64,000 bases of DNA from an uncultured Alphaproteobacteria bacterium (GCA_963789025.1 CAWBIT010000004.1:253041-317040); one strand, 5' to 3'; numbered from the stretch's first letter, positions 45,702 through 57,847 are shown. Made by a program: numbers and translations. Notes: a model not told the origin generated them from the letters alone.

Positions 45702-46439
45702 ATGCGGGACGTGACCGTTTCTGTCCAGGCAGCCTTGACCGAGAGGGCCGAATCTCTTGTCCGGAAGTGTGCCCGGTCGCGGCGGTCGGTTCTCCTTGCG
45801 CTCATGCTGGTTGCTTTGTGCGGCGCGGTGCGCGGGCAGACCCCGACCGGCGATGATGCCGCTTCGGAGCAGCACGGTCCGCCTGCCGTCATCGAAGGCT
45901 TCCGGCAGGCGCGGTTCGGAATGAATGACGAGCAAGTAAGGCAGGCGATCCGCAAAGACTTCCCGGAGCAGGCCGGAAAGCTGGCGCGCGCTATCCATCC
46001 AACCGAAAAAACCCTTGTCCTGTCGCTTACCGTCGCCGATTTGTTGCCGCACAGCGGCAACGCCCGCATCTCCTACATCTTGGGGTACCGCTCGAAAAAG
46101 CTCGGCCAGGTGAATATCGTCTGGTCGAGCGACGGAAGCACTGCCGGCGACGAGACGATCGTCGGCGCCGCGAATTCCCTGCGCGACTACTTCTCGACCG
46201 AAAATTTCAAGCCGGACAGCGTGGTCGCCAACCATCAGCTGGCGCCCGACGCAATCCTGGTATTTCGCGCCAGCGACGAGCAGCAGCGGACCATCCTTCT
46301 GGTGCTGAGCGGCGTCGCCGCTGCCGCGCGCGCCGAGGACAAGAAAGCCCCGAAGCCGCCGCCCCTGAGCCTCGAGCTTTCGTATATCGAGGACCCGGCC
46401 CACCCCGACGTGTTCCGCATCAGCCGGGGCCAATTCTGA
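45702..46439 (+). CDS. Hypothetical exported/membrane-anchored protein, divergent from tpsA
   Basis: 245-aa ORF with a hydrophobic segment VLLALMLVALCGAVRG. No domain recognised. Confidence 0.45.
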   Translation: MRDVTVSVQAALTERAESLVRKCARSRRSVLLALMLVALCGAVRGQTPTGDDAASEQHGPPAVIEGFRQARFGMNDEQVRQAIRKDFPEQAGKLARAIHPTEKTLVLSLTVADLLPHSGNARISYILGYRSKKLGQVNIVWSSDGSTAGDETIVGAANSLRDYFSTENFKPDSVVANHQLAPDAILVFRASDEQQRTILLVLSGVAAAARAEDKKAPKPPPLSLELSYIEDPAHPDVFRISRGQF

Positions 46440-46453
46440 CTCGGTACGGCTGG

Positions 46454-47302
46454 CTAGGAAAAGAACAGGATCGCTCCGGTCGCTTCGTGTGCCGGCACGA
46501 CGAGGCTGCCGTCCGGCAGTTCTTGAAACGAGACCTGCCGCCGCGTCAGGCAATCGGCGGTATCTTCCCGCCGCGCGACCCCAAATTCGACCGAGACAAT
46601 CCCGGGCAGCGGGAAATCCGATGCGACATCGAGCGCCGGATACATGGTCGAGAAGTCGTCGGGCGTGCTGAACACGATCCGGTGCGGCCCGGCGTGAACG
46701 CAGGCGACCGCATCGGTGGTGGTCACCTGCTGAATGCCGAACAGCCGGTCATAAGGCTCCAGCAGCGCAGCCGTGCTCTCGACCAGCACATGGATGCCTC
46801 TCAGACCGAGGGCGCCGTTCGGATGATGCAACCATTCGGAACGCCGCATCAGCTCCGGCGTCAGATGCGAGCAGATAAAGCAGTCCAGCCCCGGCGTCTC
46901 GTCCGCCGGCAGCGACATCAGGCTGAAGCGCGGCACGACGGCGCCCTCCGGGAGCTCGAGCTGGCGGCCGAGCGGCCGCGGCTCCGAGGGGTGAAGCCCG
47001 TGGCCGAGCAGCGTCGTGCGCACCTCCTCGGGGGCGCCGGCTGGCGCGAACGCCGCCGCCATCAACCCCTCGCGTTGCGCCAGAAAGCTGTCGAGCCGCT
47101 GAACAAAATCGTCCGGATCGACGATGCCGAGAAGTTCGACATAGTCGGACGTAAACATGATGCAATAATTCGCCGTTCCTTGTCCGATATGCCGGCCGCG
47201 GGGCGACAGGGTAAAGCCGAGCCGGCTCCATTCCAGCCGCGTCCGTTCGAGATCGCGAACCCCGACAATGACGTGGTCGATGCCCGCGATGCCGTTGTCC
47301 AT
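46454..47302 (-). CDS. VOC (glyoxalase/bleomycin-resistance/dioxygenase-fold) family protein
   Basis: IDHVIVGVRDLERTRLEWSRLGFTLSPRGRH... N-terminus is typical of glyoxalase-like-domain proteins. Two-domain length. Confidence 0.7.
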   Translation of the reverse strand: MDNGIAGIDHVIVGVRDLERTRLEWSRLGFTLSPRGRHIGQGTANYCIMFTSDYVELLGIVDPDDFVQRLDSFLAQREGLMAAAFAPAGAPEEVRTTLLGHGLHPSEPRPLGRQLELPEGAVVPRFSLMSLPADETPGLDCFICSHLTPELMRRSEWLHHPNGALGLRGIHVLVESTAALLEPYDRLFGIQQVTTTDAVACVHAGPHRIVFSTPDDFSTMYPALDVASDFPLPGIVSVEFGVARREDTADCLTRRQVSFQELPDGSLVVPAHEATGAILFFS

Positions 47303-47395
47303 ATTCGCCTCTGGGTGCCTTCATCGATAAGCTTAACTGCTCCTCGGCTTGCGGGCCAGGGGACCGGTAGGCCAAGGGACCGAGGGGAGAGATCG

Positions 47396-48556
47396 ATGCT
47401 CCTTGCCAGGCTGCAACGACTGTTCCGCCACGAGGCGGCGAGCGGGATCGTGCTGATGCTGGCTTCGGCCGTCGCGCTCGCGCTCGCCAATTCGCCGCTG
47501 GCCGAATTTTACGACTTGCTGCTGAGCCTGCGCGGCTCGGTGCGCATCGGCACTTTCGGCATCGAGAAGCCGCTGCTGCTGTGGGTCAATGACGGGCTGA
47601 TGGCAATCTTCTTTCTGCTGGTCGGGCTCGAGATCAAACGCGAGGTACTAGCCGGCCAACTCGCCGACCGAAGCGGCACGATCCTGCCTGCCGCGGCGGC
47701 GATCGGCGGCATGGTGGTGCCGGCGCTGATCTATCTCGGCATCACCTGGCACGCGCCCGGCGCCGCATCCGGCTGGGCGATCCCGGCGGCGACCGATATC
47801 GCATTCTCGCTCGGCGTCATGGCGCTGCTCGGCAGCCGGGTCCCGACCGCGCTCAAACTCTTCCTGACCGCGCTCGCGATCATCGACGATCTCGGTGCCA
47901 TCGTCGTGATCGCCATTTTTTATACCGAGGAGCTCTCTTGGGTGTCGCTGGCGGTCGCCGCGGCGGCACTGGCGGTCCTCGTCGTGCTGAACCTCGCCGG
48001 GGTTCGGCGGATTATATGGTACGTGCTCGTCGGCCTCGTGCTGTGGGTGTTTGTGCTCAAATCCGGCGTGCACGCCACCTTGGCCGGCGTAGCATTGGCC
48101 CTGGCGATCCCGTTCGAGGTCAAGCCGGGCGACGAATCCCCGCTCATCCGCCTCGAACATGAGCTGGCGCCCTGGGTGGCGTTCGGCATCCTGCCGGTGT
48201 TCGGGTTCGCCAATGCGGGGTTGTCCTTCGCCGGCTTGTCGCTCTCCTCCGTTCTGGAGCCGGTGCCGCTCGCCATCGCCGCCGGCCTGTTTTTCGGCAA
48301 ACAGATCGGCGTCTTTGGCAGCGCGGCGCTGGTCATCCGCGCCGGCTGGGCGGAAATACCCGCGAGCGCCGGCTGGGTGACGCTCTGGGGCACCAGCATT
48401 CTGACCGGTATCGGTTTCACGATGAGCCTCTTCATCGGCACGCTCGCCTTTGGAGAATCCGATGTCGAAGCCGTCATGCGCCTGGGCGTCCTCGTCGGTT
48501 CCGCCCTCTCGGCAATCGCCGGGTCGGCAGTGCTCGGGCTCTCGAAGAGGAGATAA
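47396..48556 (+). CDS. nhaA: Na+/H+ antiporter NhaA
   Basis: Start at the ATG at 47396 (GAGGGGAG Shine-Dalgarno). EAASGIVLMLASAVALALANSP...LWVNDGLMAIFFLLVGLEIKRE...AIIDDLGAI are NhaA signature regions. The 689-aa track ORF 46487-48556 is an upstream over-extension. Confidence 0.9.
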   Translation: MLLARLQRLFRHEAASGIVLMLASAVALALANSPLAEFYDLLLSLRGSVRIGTFGIEKPLLLWVNDGLMAIFFLLVGLEIKREVLAGQLADRSGTILPAAAAIGGMVVPALIYLGITWHAPGAASGWAIPAATDIAFSLGVMALLGSRVPTALKLFLTALAIIDDLGAIVVIAIFYTEELSWVSLAVAAAALAVLVVLNLAGVRRIIWYVLVGLVLWVFVLKSGVHATLAGVALALAIPFEVKPGDESPLIRLEHELAPWVAFGILPVFGFANAGLSFAGLSLSSVLEPVPLAIAAGLFFGKQIGVFGSAALVIRAGWAEIPASAGWVTLWGTSILTGIGFTMSLFIGTLAFGESDVEAVMRLGVLVGSALSAIAGSAVLGLSKRR

Positions 48557-49027
48557 TGCGCCCCGCATTGTCGGAACCCAGCCCTTCCCCCGGCTAGCCC
48601 CGTTTCGCGCCGCCGAGCCTCACCGATCACGCGAACCCCACGCCCCCATGGCGGTTCTCGCTCTTTTTACAGCCAGACAACAGCCAGCTGAGTAATTGCC
48701 GGATTAGAAATACGAGGATTTCTACCGCGCCTATAATCCCGACGCTCGGAAATCCCGGCCAAATCCCGGGCCCGGCGGTTCCAGGGCCAACCTGGCCACC
48801 TGTTCCACCTGTTTTATCAGGTGCATATCAGGCTCGGTTTTCCTTAAGGCGGTAAGGGCCGTGGGTCGCGGGGCCGACGATATCGATATAACGCGAGAAC
48901 TGGTCAAGCTCATCAGGATGACCTCCGGAAGCAGTGGAAACGGCCGACGCTAGCATATTTGTGCTAAAATATCAATGATTATCAGTGCAACAACGGCAAC
49001 GTTGACAGGAAATCGCTTGACTTTGTT

Positions 49028-50315
49028 ATCCATTGGCCGAATGACGATCAGGGCCGCACTACCCGCCCGCGCGACATTGGCGAGCACCTGACCAAAGCCG
49101 TGCGCGCCGTCGTGCGGCATAACCCTTCATTGTCGGGCGTCATTGACGTCGTGGATTTCGCCGCCGAGCGCAACGGCGAGCGGGACATCAACCCGGCCAA
49201 ATTGCGCGAAGTCGTCGAAACCTTTTCCGATCCGCGTTATCGGCTAGGCCTCGCCGACGTCCAACCCGATTTTCTCGGCCGCTCCTGTGAATACCTGCTG
49301 CGGAAATTCGCCGAAGGCTCGGGAGGGAGCGCCGGCGAACATTTTACGCCAACAGAAGTCGGCTTCCTGATAGCGCACATCATGCGCCCGAAGCCCGGTG
49401 AGGAGTGCCACGACTATGCGTGCGGGTCGGCGGGGCTGCTTGTGAAGCTTCAGCTCGTCGCGCGAGAACTCGATCCAACCAGCAAGGTCCCGCTCAGGCT
49501 CTATGGCCAGGAATTGATGGCCGAGAGTTACGCCGTCGCGCAGATGAACGCGATCATTCACGACATGAGTGTCGAGATCGCTCGCGGCGACACGATGATC
49601 AATCCGAAATTCAAGACGGCAGACAGCAAGATTCGCACCTACGACATCGTCGTGGCCAACCCCATGTTGGAACCAGGATTTCAATCCTGACATCTTCGCC
49701 GATGACCCGTTCGACCGGTTCCGCACCCAGGGCGGCATCACCACCGGCAAAGGCGATTGGGCGTGGCTGCAGCACACGATGGCCTCCCTCAACGAGCGCG
49801 GCCGGGCGGCGGTCGTGCTCGACACCGGCGCGGTGACGCGCGGCTCAGGCTCGAAGAACGAAGACCGGGAGCGCAATATCCGCAAATGGTTCGTCGATCG
49901 CGACCTGATCGATGGTGTGATCCTCTTGCCCGACAACCTGTTCTACAACACGTCAGCCGCCGGCGTGATCGTCGTGCTGTCGAAGCGCAAGCCGGCAGCG
50001 CGCAAGGATCGCATCGTGCTGCTTAACGCGAGCCGCCGGGTAGCAAAGGGCCAGCCAAAAAATTTCATTCCCGACGCCGACATCCGCCCGCTCGCCGCTG
50101 CTTTTTTGAAGGGCGAGTCGGTCGAGGGCGAGATCGCCGTCATTACGCGACAGCAGGCCGAGGAGGCGGATTACAACCTCAGCCCGAGCCGGTGGGTCGC
50201 GCAAAATTCAGCAGATCCTCGCGCCTCGATTGCTGAACTTACGAAGGTTTTAGAGTCAGTAACCAAGCAGCAATCCGAACTGGATCAAACCCTTTTCGCC
50301 GTTCTCCGGTCGCTT
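49028..50315 (+). pseudogene. hsdM: Type I R-M DNA methyltransferase hsdM, 5'-truncated and frameshifted
   Basis: [20 protein letters not shown] (AdoMet motif I) and VVANPM(W) (motif IV) are present. Deleting one of the two T's at 49667-49668 restores ...[22 protein letters not shown]...[12 protein letters not shown]...YNLSPSRWV. The N-terminal HsdM_N region is missing: an in-frame stop lies at 48965-48967 and no homology is seen before about 49070. Confidence 0.75.
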
Positions 50316-50360
50316 CAGCAGAAACGAGGCCAAGACTCCCAAGAGAGCGAGACCGACACT

Positions 50361-51008
50361 TTGCCTGAGGGCTGGGCACAAGTTCCGTTCTCCCATGCCG
50401 TTCAATTGCAACGAGGCTTCGATCTACCGACCTCACGAAGAGAGCCTGGGGCCGTTCCAGTCTTTGGCTCCAACGGCGTCGTTGGGATGCACAATCATAG
50501 CCCCGAAGGAGCCCGAGTGCCGGGCGTAATGGTCGGACGAAGCGGGAGCGTTGGAAAGGTCAGCTACTCGGCGGTCCCATACTGGCCACTGAACACAACA
50601 CTTTTTGCGACAGATTTTCATGGTAATGATGAATTATTTATTTCCTATTTTTTGAGGGGATTTGACTTTTCCAGATTTTCTCAGGGCGTCAGCGTGCCCA
50701 CGCTTAATCGGAATTCATTTGCGGCCCAAACTGTCACACTCCCCACGCCTACAGAACAATACGCCATTGCCTCAATTTTACAGCTCCTCGATCGGCAAAT
50801 AGAGCAGAATGAAAAGGTGCGGGCGGTGCTAAACGAACTGTTCAAGGCGCTGCTGCATAAATTGATGACCGGCGAGATACGGGTCGGCGATCTCGACCTG
50901 GCGGCGCTCGCCCCGATGGAAGTGCACCAGAGCACGGCCGCGGAACTTCCCCTCTCCGCCCTTCAGGGCGGAGAGGGAGGGGCCCAGCGCGCAGCGATGG
51001 GAGGGTGA
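50361..51008 (+). CDS. hsdS: Half-size HsdS-like specificity module (one target-recognition domain plus one conserved helix), in frame with the hsdM 3' fragment
   Basis: (L/M)PEGWAQVPF...GRSGSVGKV...WPLNTTLF...VPTLNRN...[25 protein letters not shown]...[16 protein letters not shown] is the usual TRD plus central-conserved-region layout. The TRD DNA is visibly AT-richer than its surroundings. The last ~20 codons read into a REP element. Confidence 0.65.
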   Translation: MPEGWAQVPFSHAVQLQRGFDLPTSRREPGAVPVFGSNGVVGMHNHSPEGARVPGVMVGRSGSVGKVSYSAVPYWPLNTTLFATDFHGNDELFISYFLRGFDFSRFSQGVSVPTLNRNSFAAQTVTLPTPTEQYAIASILQLLDRQIEQNEKVRAVLNELFKALLHKLMTGEIRVGDLDLAALAPMEVHQSTAAELPLSALQGGEGGAQRAAMGG

Positions 51009-51081
51009 GGTGGGCGGCGGCAGGCGCTGCGGCTTCCCCACCTCACCCCGGCCCTCTCCGCCCCCGGGGCGGAGAGGGAGG
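50949..51081. repeat. Pair of inverted type A REP-like elements
   Basis: CCCCTCTCCGCCC-TTCA-GGGCGGAGAGGGAGG...GGGAGGGTGAGGTGGG // CCCACCTCACCCCGGCCCTCTCCGCCCCCGGGGCGGAGAGGGAGG. Together they form a larger composite palindrome. Confidence 0.8.
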
Positions 51082-51194
51082 TTGCAGACGGGCTCAGGGT
51101 GTTTTCATGGCGGTGCGATTGCCCGCACCCCTTCTTGCGTGGGGAATGCGGCCTAATACGGCTGAGATAACAGACAGGCAGCGGGAGACCCATC

Positions 51195-51432
51195 ATGTCC
51201 GTGACGATCGATCTCCCTCCGGACATCGAGGCGAGCCTCGCGGCGCACGCCGCGGCGCGCGGGGTGCCGCTTGCCGACCACCTGCTACACCTGCTCGAGG
51301 AGCAGGCCGGCGCCACCGAAGACGCCCGGGGAACGGGTCAAGCTGTGGCGCGACGTGTCGGGGCTGCCCGATACGAAACCGCTCTCCGACGAGGCGATCA
51401 GCCGCGAGAGCATCTACGCCGAGCGCGGGTGA
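51195..51432 (+). pseudogene. Frameshifted antitoxin remnant, followed by a few codons of a PIN toxin
   Basis: MSVTIDLPPDIEASLAAHAAARGVPLADHLLHLLEEQ in one frame. ...ERVKLWRDVSGLPDTKPLSDEAISRESIYAERG* follows in the next frame. Its TGA overlaps GTG AGC ATT CTC CTC GAT AGC (VSILLDS, a PIN-toxin-like start), which then loses all similarity. Confidence 0.5.
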
Positions 51433-51502
51433 GCATTCTCCTCGATAGCCGCGTCCCGCGGCAGCGGGCGAAGCTGGCGGCTGTTCGGGCGATCGGATGC
51501 GG

Positions 51503-51910
51503 TCACAACCGGATCGACGCCGGATGCGCCATCACGTCCGTCTGCCCGAAATCCCCGCCCTTGAACAACAACGGGGCGCCCATGACGGCCGATACGGCAT
51601 AGGCCATGCAGTCGCCAAAATTCAGCCGTGCCGGGTGTCCGCTCGCTCTGCCGAACCGGTCAAAGGCGCCCGACGCCGCGTCTGCCATCTCGCGGCTGAA
51701 CGGAACGACGGTGCCGTGTCCGGACTCGACCAAATGCTCCAGCCAACTCGACCGGCGCGCCGCCAGATTGACCGAGCACCAGGCGCGCGTTTCAACCAGC
51801 GTCGGCGCGCCGATCGCGCATTCCTCTTGGGCCAAGAGGTCGAGCAGCCGCTCGGCATCGGGCTCGCCTTTGATGATCCTGACCAGTACCGAGCTGTCGA
51901 GAACGATCAC
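51503..51910 (-). CDS. vapC: PIN-domain toxin VapC
   Basis: (V/M)[16 protein letters not shown]...LNFGDCMAYAVSAVMGAPLLFKGGDFGQTDV carries the conserved acidic PIN residues. The GTG start overlaps the vapB stop (GTGA). Only the last 135 codons of the 590-aa track ORF 51503-53275 are real. Confidence 0.8.
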   Translation of the reverse strand: MIVLDSSVLVRIIKGEPDAERLLDLLAQEECAIGAPTLVETRAWCSVNLAARRSSWLEHLVESGHGTVVPFSREMADAASGAFDRFGRASGHPARLNFGDCMAYAVSAVMGAPLLFKGGDFGQTDVMAHPASIRL

Positions 51911-52164
51911 GCCGGCAGTCCCGTACCCTCGTCGTACAGCGCCTCGATGGGCATCTCTGCCTCCGCTAGACCACCCTCGCGGTCCCCGCGCAACAGGCGC
52001 CGCCAGACCTCGACCTCGTTCGGCGGCGCTCTCCCGGGACGGTCGGGACGGTAGTGCCGGAGGGCATCCAGTACGACGTCGCCGATCGTCCTGCCGGTCT
52101 GCCGTGCCAGCGTGCGTGCGAGCTGTGCGGCTTCGGCATTGCGGATATGGATCTGATCCTTCAC
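51907..52164 (-). CDS. vapB: VapB-type antitoxin (Rv0623/PSK-like)
   Basis: GTG start at 52164, preceded by GGAGGAG at 7 nt. (M)[37 protein letters not shown]...[11 protein letters not shown] is the usual layout of this antitoxin family. Confidence 0.75.
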   Translation of the reverse strand: MKDQIHIRNAEAAQLARTLARQTGRTIGDVVLDALRHYRPDRPGRAPPNEVEVWRRLLRGDREGGLAEAEMPIEALYDEGTGLPA

Positions 52165-52249
52165 GAGTGTTCTCCTCCGTATGACGAAGCGAGGGCCTGG
52201 GTACACATGTACCTCGGCCCCGAGCCGGCCCGCAACTCGGAGATCCATT

Positions 52250-54742
<2,493 letters not shown>

Positions 54743-55469
54743 ACTGGCGATCATCGACCTGGCCGAGCCAACCCGCCCCGAGGTCGTCGGCCGGTGGTGG
54801 CTGCCCGGCATGCACACTGCAGGCGGCGAGATGCCGAGCTGGAGCGGCCGGCGCTACGCGTTGCACCATGCGATCGTCAGCGGCGACCTCGCCTACGCCG
54901 CGTGGCGCGACGGCGGAATGACGATCCTCGATGTCGCAGACCCGACCGCACCAAAGCTGCTCGCCCACCGCAACTGGTGCCCGCCGTTCGGCGGCGGCAC
55001 CCACACCCCGCTGCCGCTGCCCGGCCGCAACCTCGCGGTCTTCGCCGACGAGGGCAATCTCGACAATTGCGCCAACGGCATTCAGCGCTGCTGGGTGTTC
55101 GATGTGCGCGAACCGACCAACCCGGTCCAAATCGCCGCGTTCCCGACCCCGGCCGAAGAAGACTATTGCAAAAAAGGGGCGAAATTCGGCCCGCATAACC
55201 TCCACGAGAACCGCCCCGGCTCATTCCAGAGCGAGCAGCTGATCTTCGCCACCTACCAAAATGCGGGTGTGCGGGTGTTCGACATCGCCGACCCGTTTGC
55301 GCCGCGCGAGGTTGCGCATTTTGTGCCGCCCGCGCCCGAGAAGATGGTCGACCCGCGTCCGAACCGCCCACGCGTGATCCAATCAAACGATGTCTACGTG
55401 GCGCCGGACGGGCTGATGTACGTGACCGACGTCAACGACGGTCTGACCATACTGCAATACAAGGGCTAA
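54743..55469 (+). pseudogene. LVIVD-repeat beta-propeller protein, 5'-truncated fragment
   Basis: In-frame sense begins at ...[23 protein letters not shown]... directly at the hsdR break. Repeated G(M/V/L)xIxDvADPxxP units: [33 protein letters not shown]. Confidence 0.6.
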
Positions 55470-55573
55470 CTGTTCAGCCGGCGCGGGTCGAGCGGTGTGC
55501 GGGCACATGACGCTCGCCCGGGCCGTCGAGGATCCTTCCCTGTCCGACGAAATCTTGCTCCGGCGCGAGATAG

Positions 55574-55759
55574 TCGGCCGATACCACCGGGGAGGGCGAT
55601 CTTTACGCCAGCGGCTTCCCCTATGCCTTGACCCGCGCTGTGCTGCTTCCCATTTGCGGCGAGATCGGCAGTTTGTGCGCTGCCGAAATCATCGGCCATT
55701 TCGGTGCGCGCCCCGAGGTCGACCTGTCACAGCTCCTGGCCGATTCCGGTCGCACCTGA
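55574..55759 (+). pseudogene. C-terminal fragment of a PfkB-family (adenosine/carbohydrate) kinase
   Basis: ...ADTTGEGDLYASGFPYAL...GSLCAAEIIGHFGARPEV contains PfkB signature 2 (DTTGxGD). An in-frame stop lies at 55571-55573, and there is no room for the ~250 N-terminal residues. Confidence 0.55.
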
Positions 55760-55802
55760 CCATTCCGCGCCCGCGCTGCGTGCGGGTGAGGTTTTGCATA
55801 AA

Positions 55803-57626
55803 TTGGACATTCGCAACATCGCGATCATCGCCCATGTCGACCATGGCAAGACCACGTTGGTCGATGCGCTGCTGCGCCAGAGCGGCGCGTTCCGCGCCAA
55901 CCAGCAGGTTGCCGAACGTGCCCTGGATTCCAACGAGCTCGAGCGCGAGCGCGGCATCACGATCCTCGCCAAATGCACCTCGGTCGTCTGGCGGGACGTC
56001 CGCATCAACATCGTCGATACGCCCGGCCACGCCGATTTCGGCGGCGAGGTCGAACGCATCCTCAGCATGGTCGACGGGGTTCTCGTATTGGTCGATGCCG
56101 CCGACGGCCCGATGCCGCAGACCAAATTTGTTGTCGGCAAGGCGTTGAACCAGGGTTTGCGGCCGATCGTCGTCGTCAACAAGGTCGATCGGGCCGACGC
56201 CCGCGCTCAGGCGGTCCACAACGAGATCTTCGATCTGTTCGCGGCGCTCGACGCGACCGAAGCGCAGCTCGATTTCCCGACCGTGTTTGCGTCCGGCCGC
56301 CAGGGCTGGGCGACTGCCGCTCTCGACGCGCCGCGCAAGGATTTGTCGCCGCTTTTCGAATTGATCCTGGCGCATGTCCCGCCGCCGCACGCCGATCCCG
56401 ACGCGCCGTTTTCCATGCTCGCGACGACGCTCGACTACGACCCCTATCTCGGCCGCGTGCTGACCGGTCTCATCCATTCCGGGGTGGCGCGCCTCAACAT
56501 GCCGGTCAAATCCTTGGGCCGCGACGGCCGGGTGATCGAGCAGGCGCGGCTGACCAAATTGCAGGCCTATCGCGGGCTCGAGAGGCGGCCGATCGAAGAG
56601 GCCTGGGCAGGCGATATCATCGCGGTTGCCGGGCTCGCTCGGACGACGGTTGCCGACACGATCTGTGCCCCCGAGGTCACGACACCGCTCGCCGCCGATC
56701 CGATCGACCCGCCGACCTTGGCGATCACGTTCTCGGTCAATGACAGCCCGCTCGCCGGCCGCGAGGGCACCAAGGTGACCTCGCGCATGATCGGCGAGCG
56801 CCTCTACCGCGAGGCCGAGGGCAATGTCGCGATCCGCGTCAGCGAGAGCACGCAAAAGGATGCGTTCGAGGTCGCCGGCCGCGGCGAGTTGCAGCTCGGC
56901 GTGCTGATCGAGACGATGCGGCGCGAAGGGTTCGAGCTGTCAATCTCGCGGCCGCGCGTGTTGTTCACGACCGATCCGGCGACGGGCCGGCGACTCGAGC
57001 CGATCGAAGAGGTGGTAGTCGACGTCGACGAGGAATTCGCCGGCGTCGTCGTCGAGAAGATGAGCCGCCGCAAGGCGGAAATGCAGGAGATGCGGCCCTC
57101 TGGCGGCGGCAAGCTTCGCCTCACTTTTTTCGGCCCGACGCGCGGCCTCATCGGCTACCAGGGTGAGTTTCTCGCCGACACCCGCGGCACCGGCGTGATG
57201 AGCCGGCTGTTCCACGGCTACGCGCCCTTCAAGGGGCCGATCGAGGGACGCCGCAACGGCGTCCTGGTCTCGAACGCGAGCGGCGCGGCAATCGCTTACG
57301 CGCTGTGGAACCTCGAGGAGCGCGGGCCGATGTTCGTCGACCCTGGGACCCAGGTTTATCAGGGAATGATCATCGGCGCGCACAGCCGCGGCAACGACCT
57401 CGACGTCAACCCGCTCAAAGGCAAGCAGCTGACCAATATTCGCACGACCGCCAAGGACGAGGCGGTGCGGCTGACCCCGCCGCAGGTCATGACCCTGGAA
57501 CAGGCGATCGCTTACCTCGCCGATGACGAGCTCGTCGAGGTCACCCCGCAATCGATCCGCCTGCGCAAGCGGCTGCTCGACCCGAACGACCGCAAGCGGG
57601 CCAGTCGTGCCGCCGCGGCTGAGTAG
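55803..57626 (+). CDS. typA: Translational GTPase TypA/BipA
   Basis: (M)[24 protein letters not shown]1 motif, [19 protein letters not shown]. Length about 607 aa from the TTG at 55803. The track start at 55704 over-extends into the kinase fragment. Confidence 0.95.
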   Translation: MDIRNIAIIAHVDHGKTTLVDALLRQSGAFRANQQVAERALDSNELERERGITILAKCTSVVWRDVRINIVDTPGHADFGGEVERILSMVDGVLVLVDAADGPMPQTKFVVGKALNQGLRPIVVVNKVDRADARAQAVHNEIFDLFAALDATEAQLDFPTVFASGRQGWATAALDAPRKDLSPLFELILAHVPPPHADPDAPFSMLATTLDYDPYLGRVLTGLIHSGVARLNMPVKSLGRDGRVIEQARLTKLQAYRGLERRPIEEAWAGDIIAVAGLARTTVADTICAPEVTTPLAADPIDPPTLAITFSVNDSPLAGREGTKVTSRMIGERLYREAEGNVAIRVSESTQKDAFEVAGRGELQLGVLIETMRREGFELSISRPRVLFTTDPATGRRLEPIEEVVVDVDEEFAGVVVEKMSRRKAEMQEMRPSGGGKLRLTFFGPTRGLIGYQGEFLADTRGTGVMSRLFHGYAPFKGPIEGRRNGVLVSNASGAAIAYALWNLEERGPMFVDPGTQVYQGMIIGAHSRGNDLDVNPLKGKQLTNIRTTAKDEAVRLTPPQVMTLEQAIAYLADDELVEVTPQSIRLRKRLLDPNDRKRASRAAAAE

Positions 57627-57634
57627 CAGGTGTT

Positions 57635-57772
57635 CACCCTCACCCACCAAGCCCTTGGGGCTTGGTCCCCCCTCTCCCGCGGTGCGGGAGAGGAGCTTTG
57701 CGGGTGTTGCGCCTTGTAGCCCCTCTCCTGCACCGCGGGAGAGGGTGCCGAGCGCAGCGAGGCGGGTGAGGG
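57635..57772. repeat. Composite type A REP-like element
   Basis: CACCCTCACCCACCAAGCCC...CCCCTCTCCCGCGGTGCGGGAGAGG...CCCCTCTCCTGCACCGCGGGAGAGGGTGCCGAGCGCAGCGAGGCGGGTGAGGG. Two inner hairpins lie between one pair of outer arms. It starts 9 nt after the typA stop. Confidence 0.8.
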
Positions 57773-57847
57773 TTTGCCCGGACCCGGATTTGACTTTGGC
57801 CAAGCGCCTACTATAGTTCAGCCTAATCGAAATCGGACTTCGAGTTT

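Noticed and set aside
46487-48556. 689-aa plus-strand ORF
   Set aside because: Only the last 386 codons (from the ATG at 47396, with a Shine-Dalgarno) are NhaA. The first 300 codons are antisense to the well-supported VOC-family gene and look like noise.
48705-48724. Perfect 7-bp-arm hairpin TAGAAAT-ACGAGG-ATTTCTA at the left edge of the R-M island, considered as an att site, tRNA fragment or terminator
   Set aside because: There is no matching copy at the right edge, no tRNA-like cloverleaf around it and no T-tract. The evidence is insufficient for any call.
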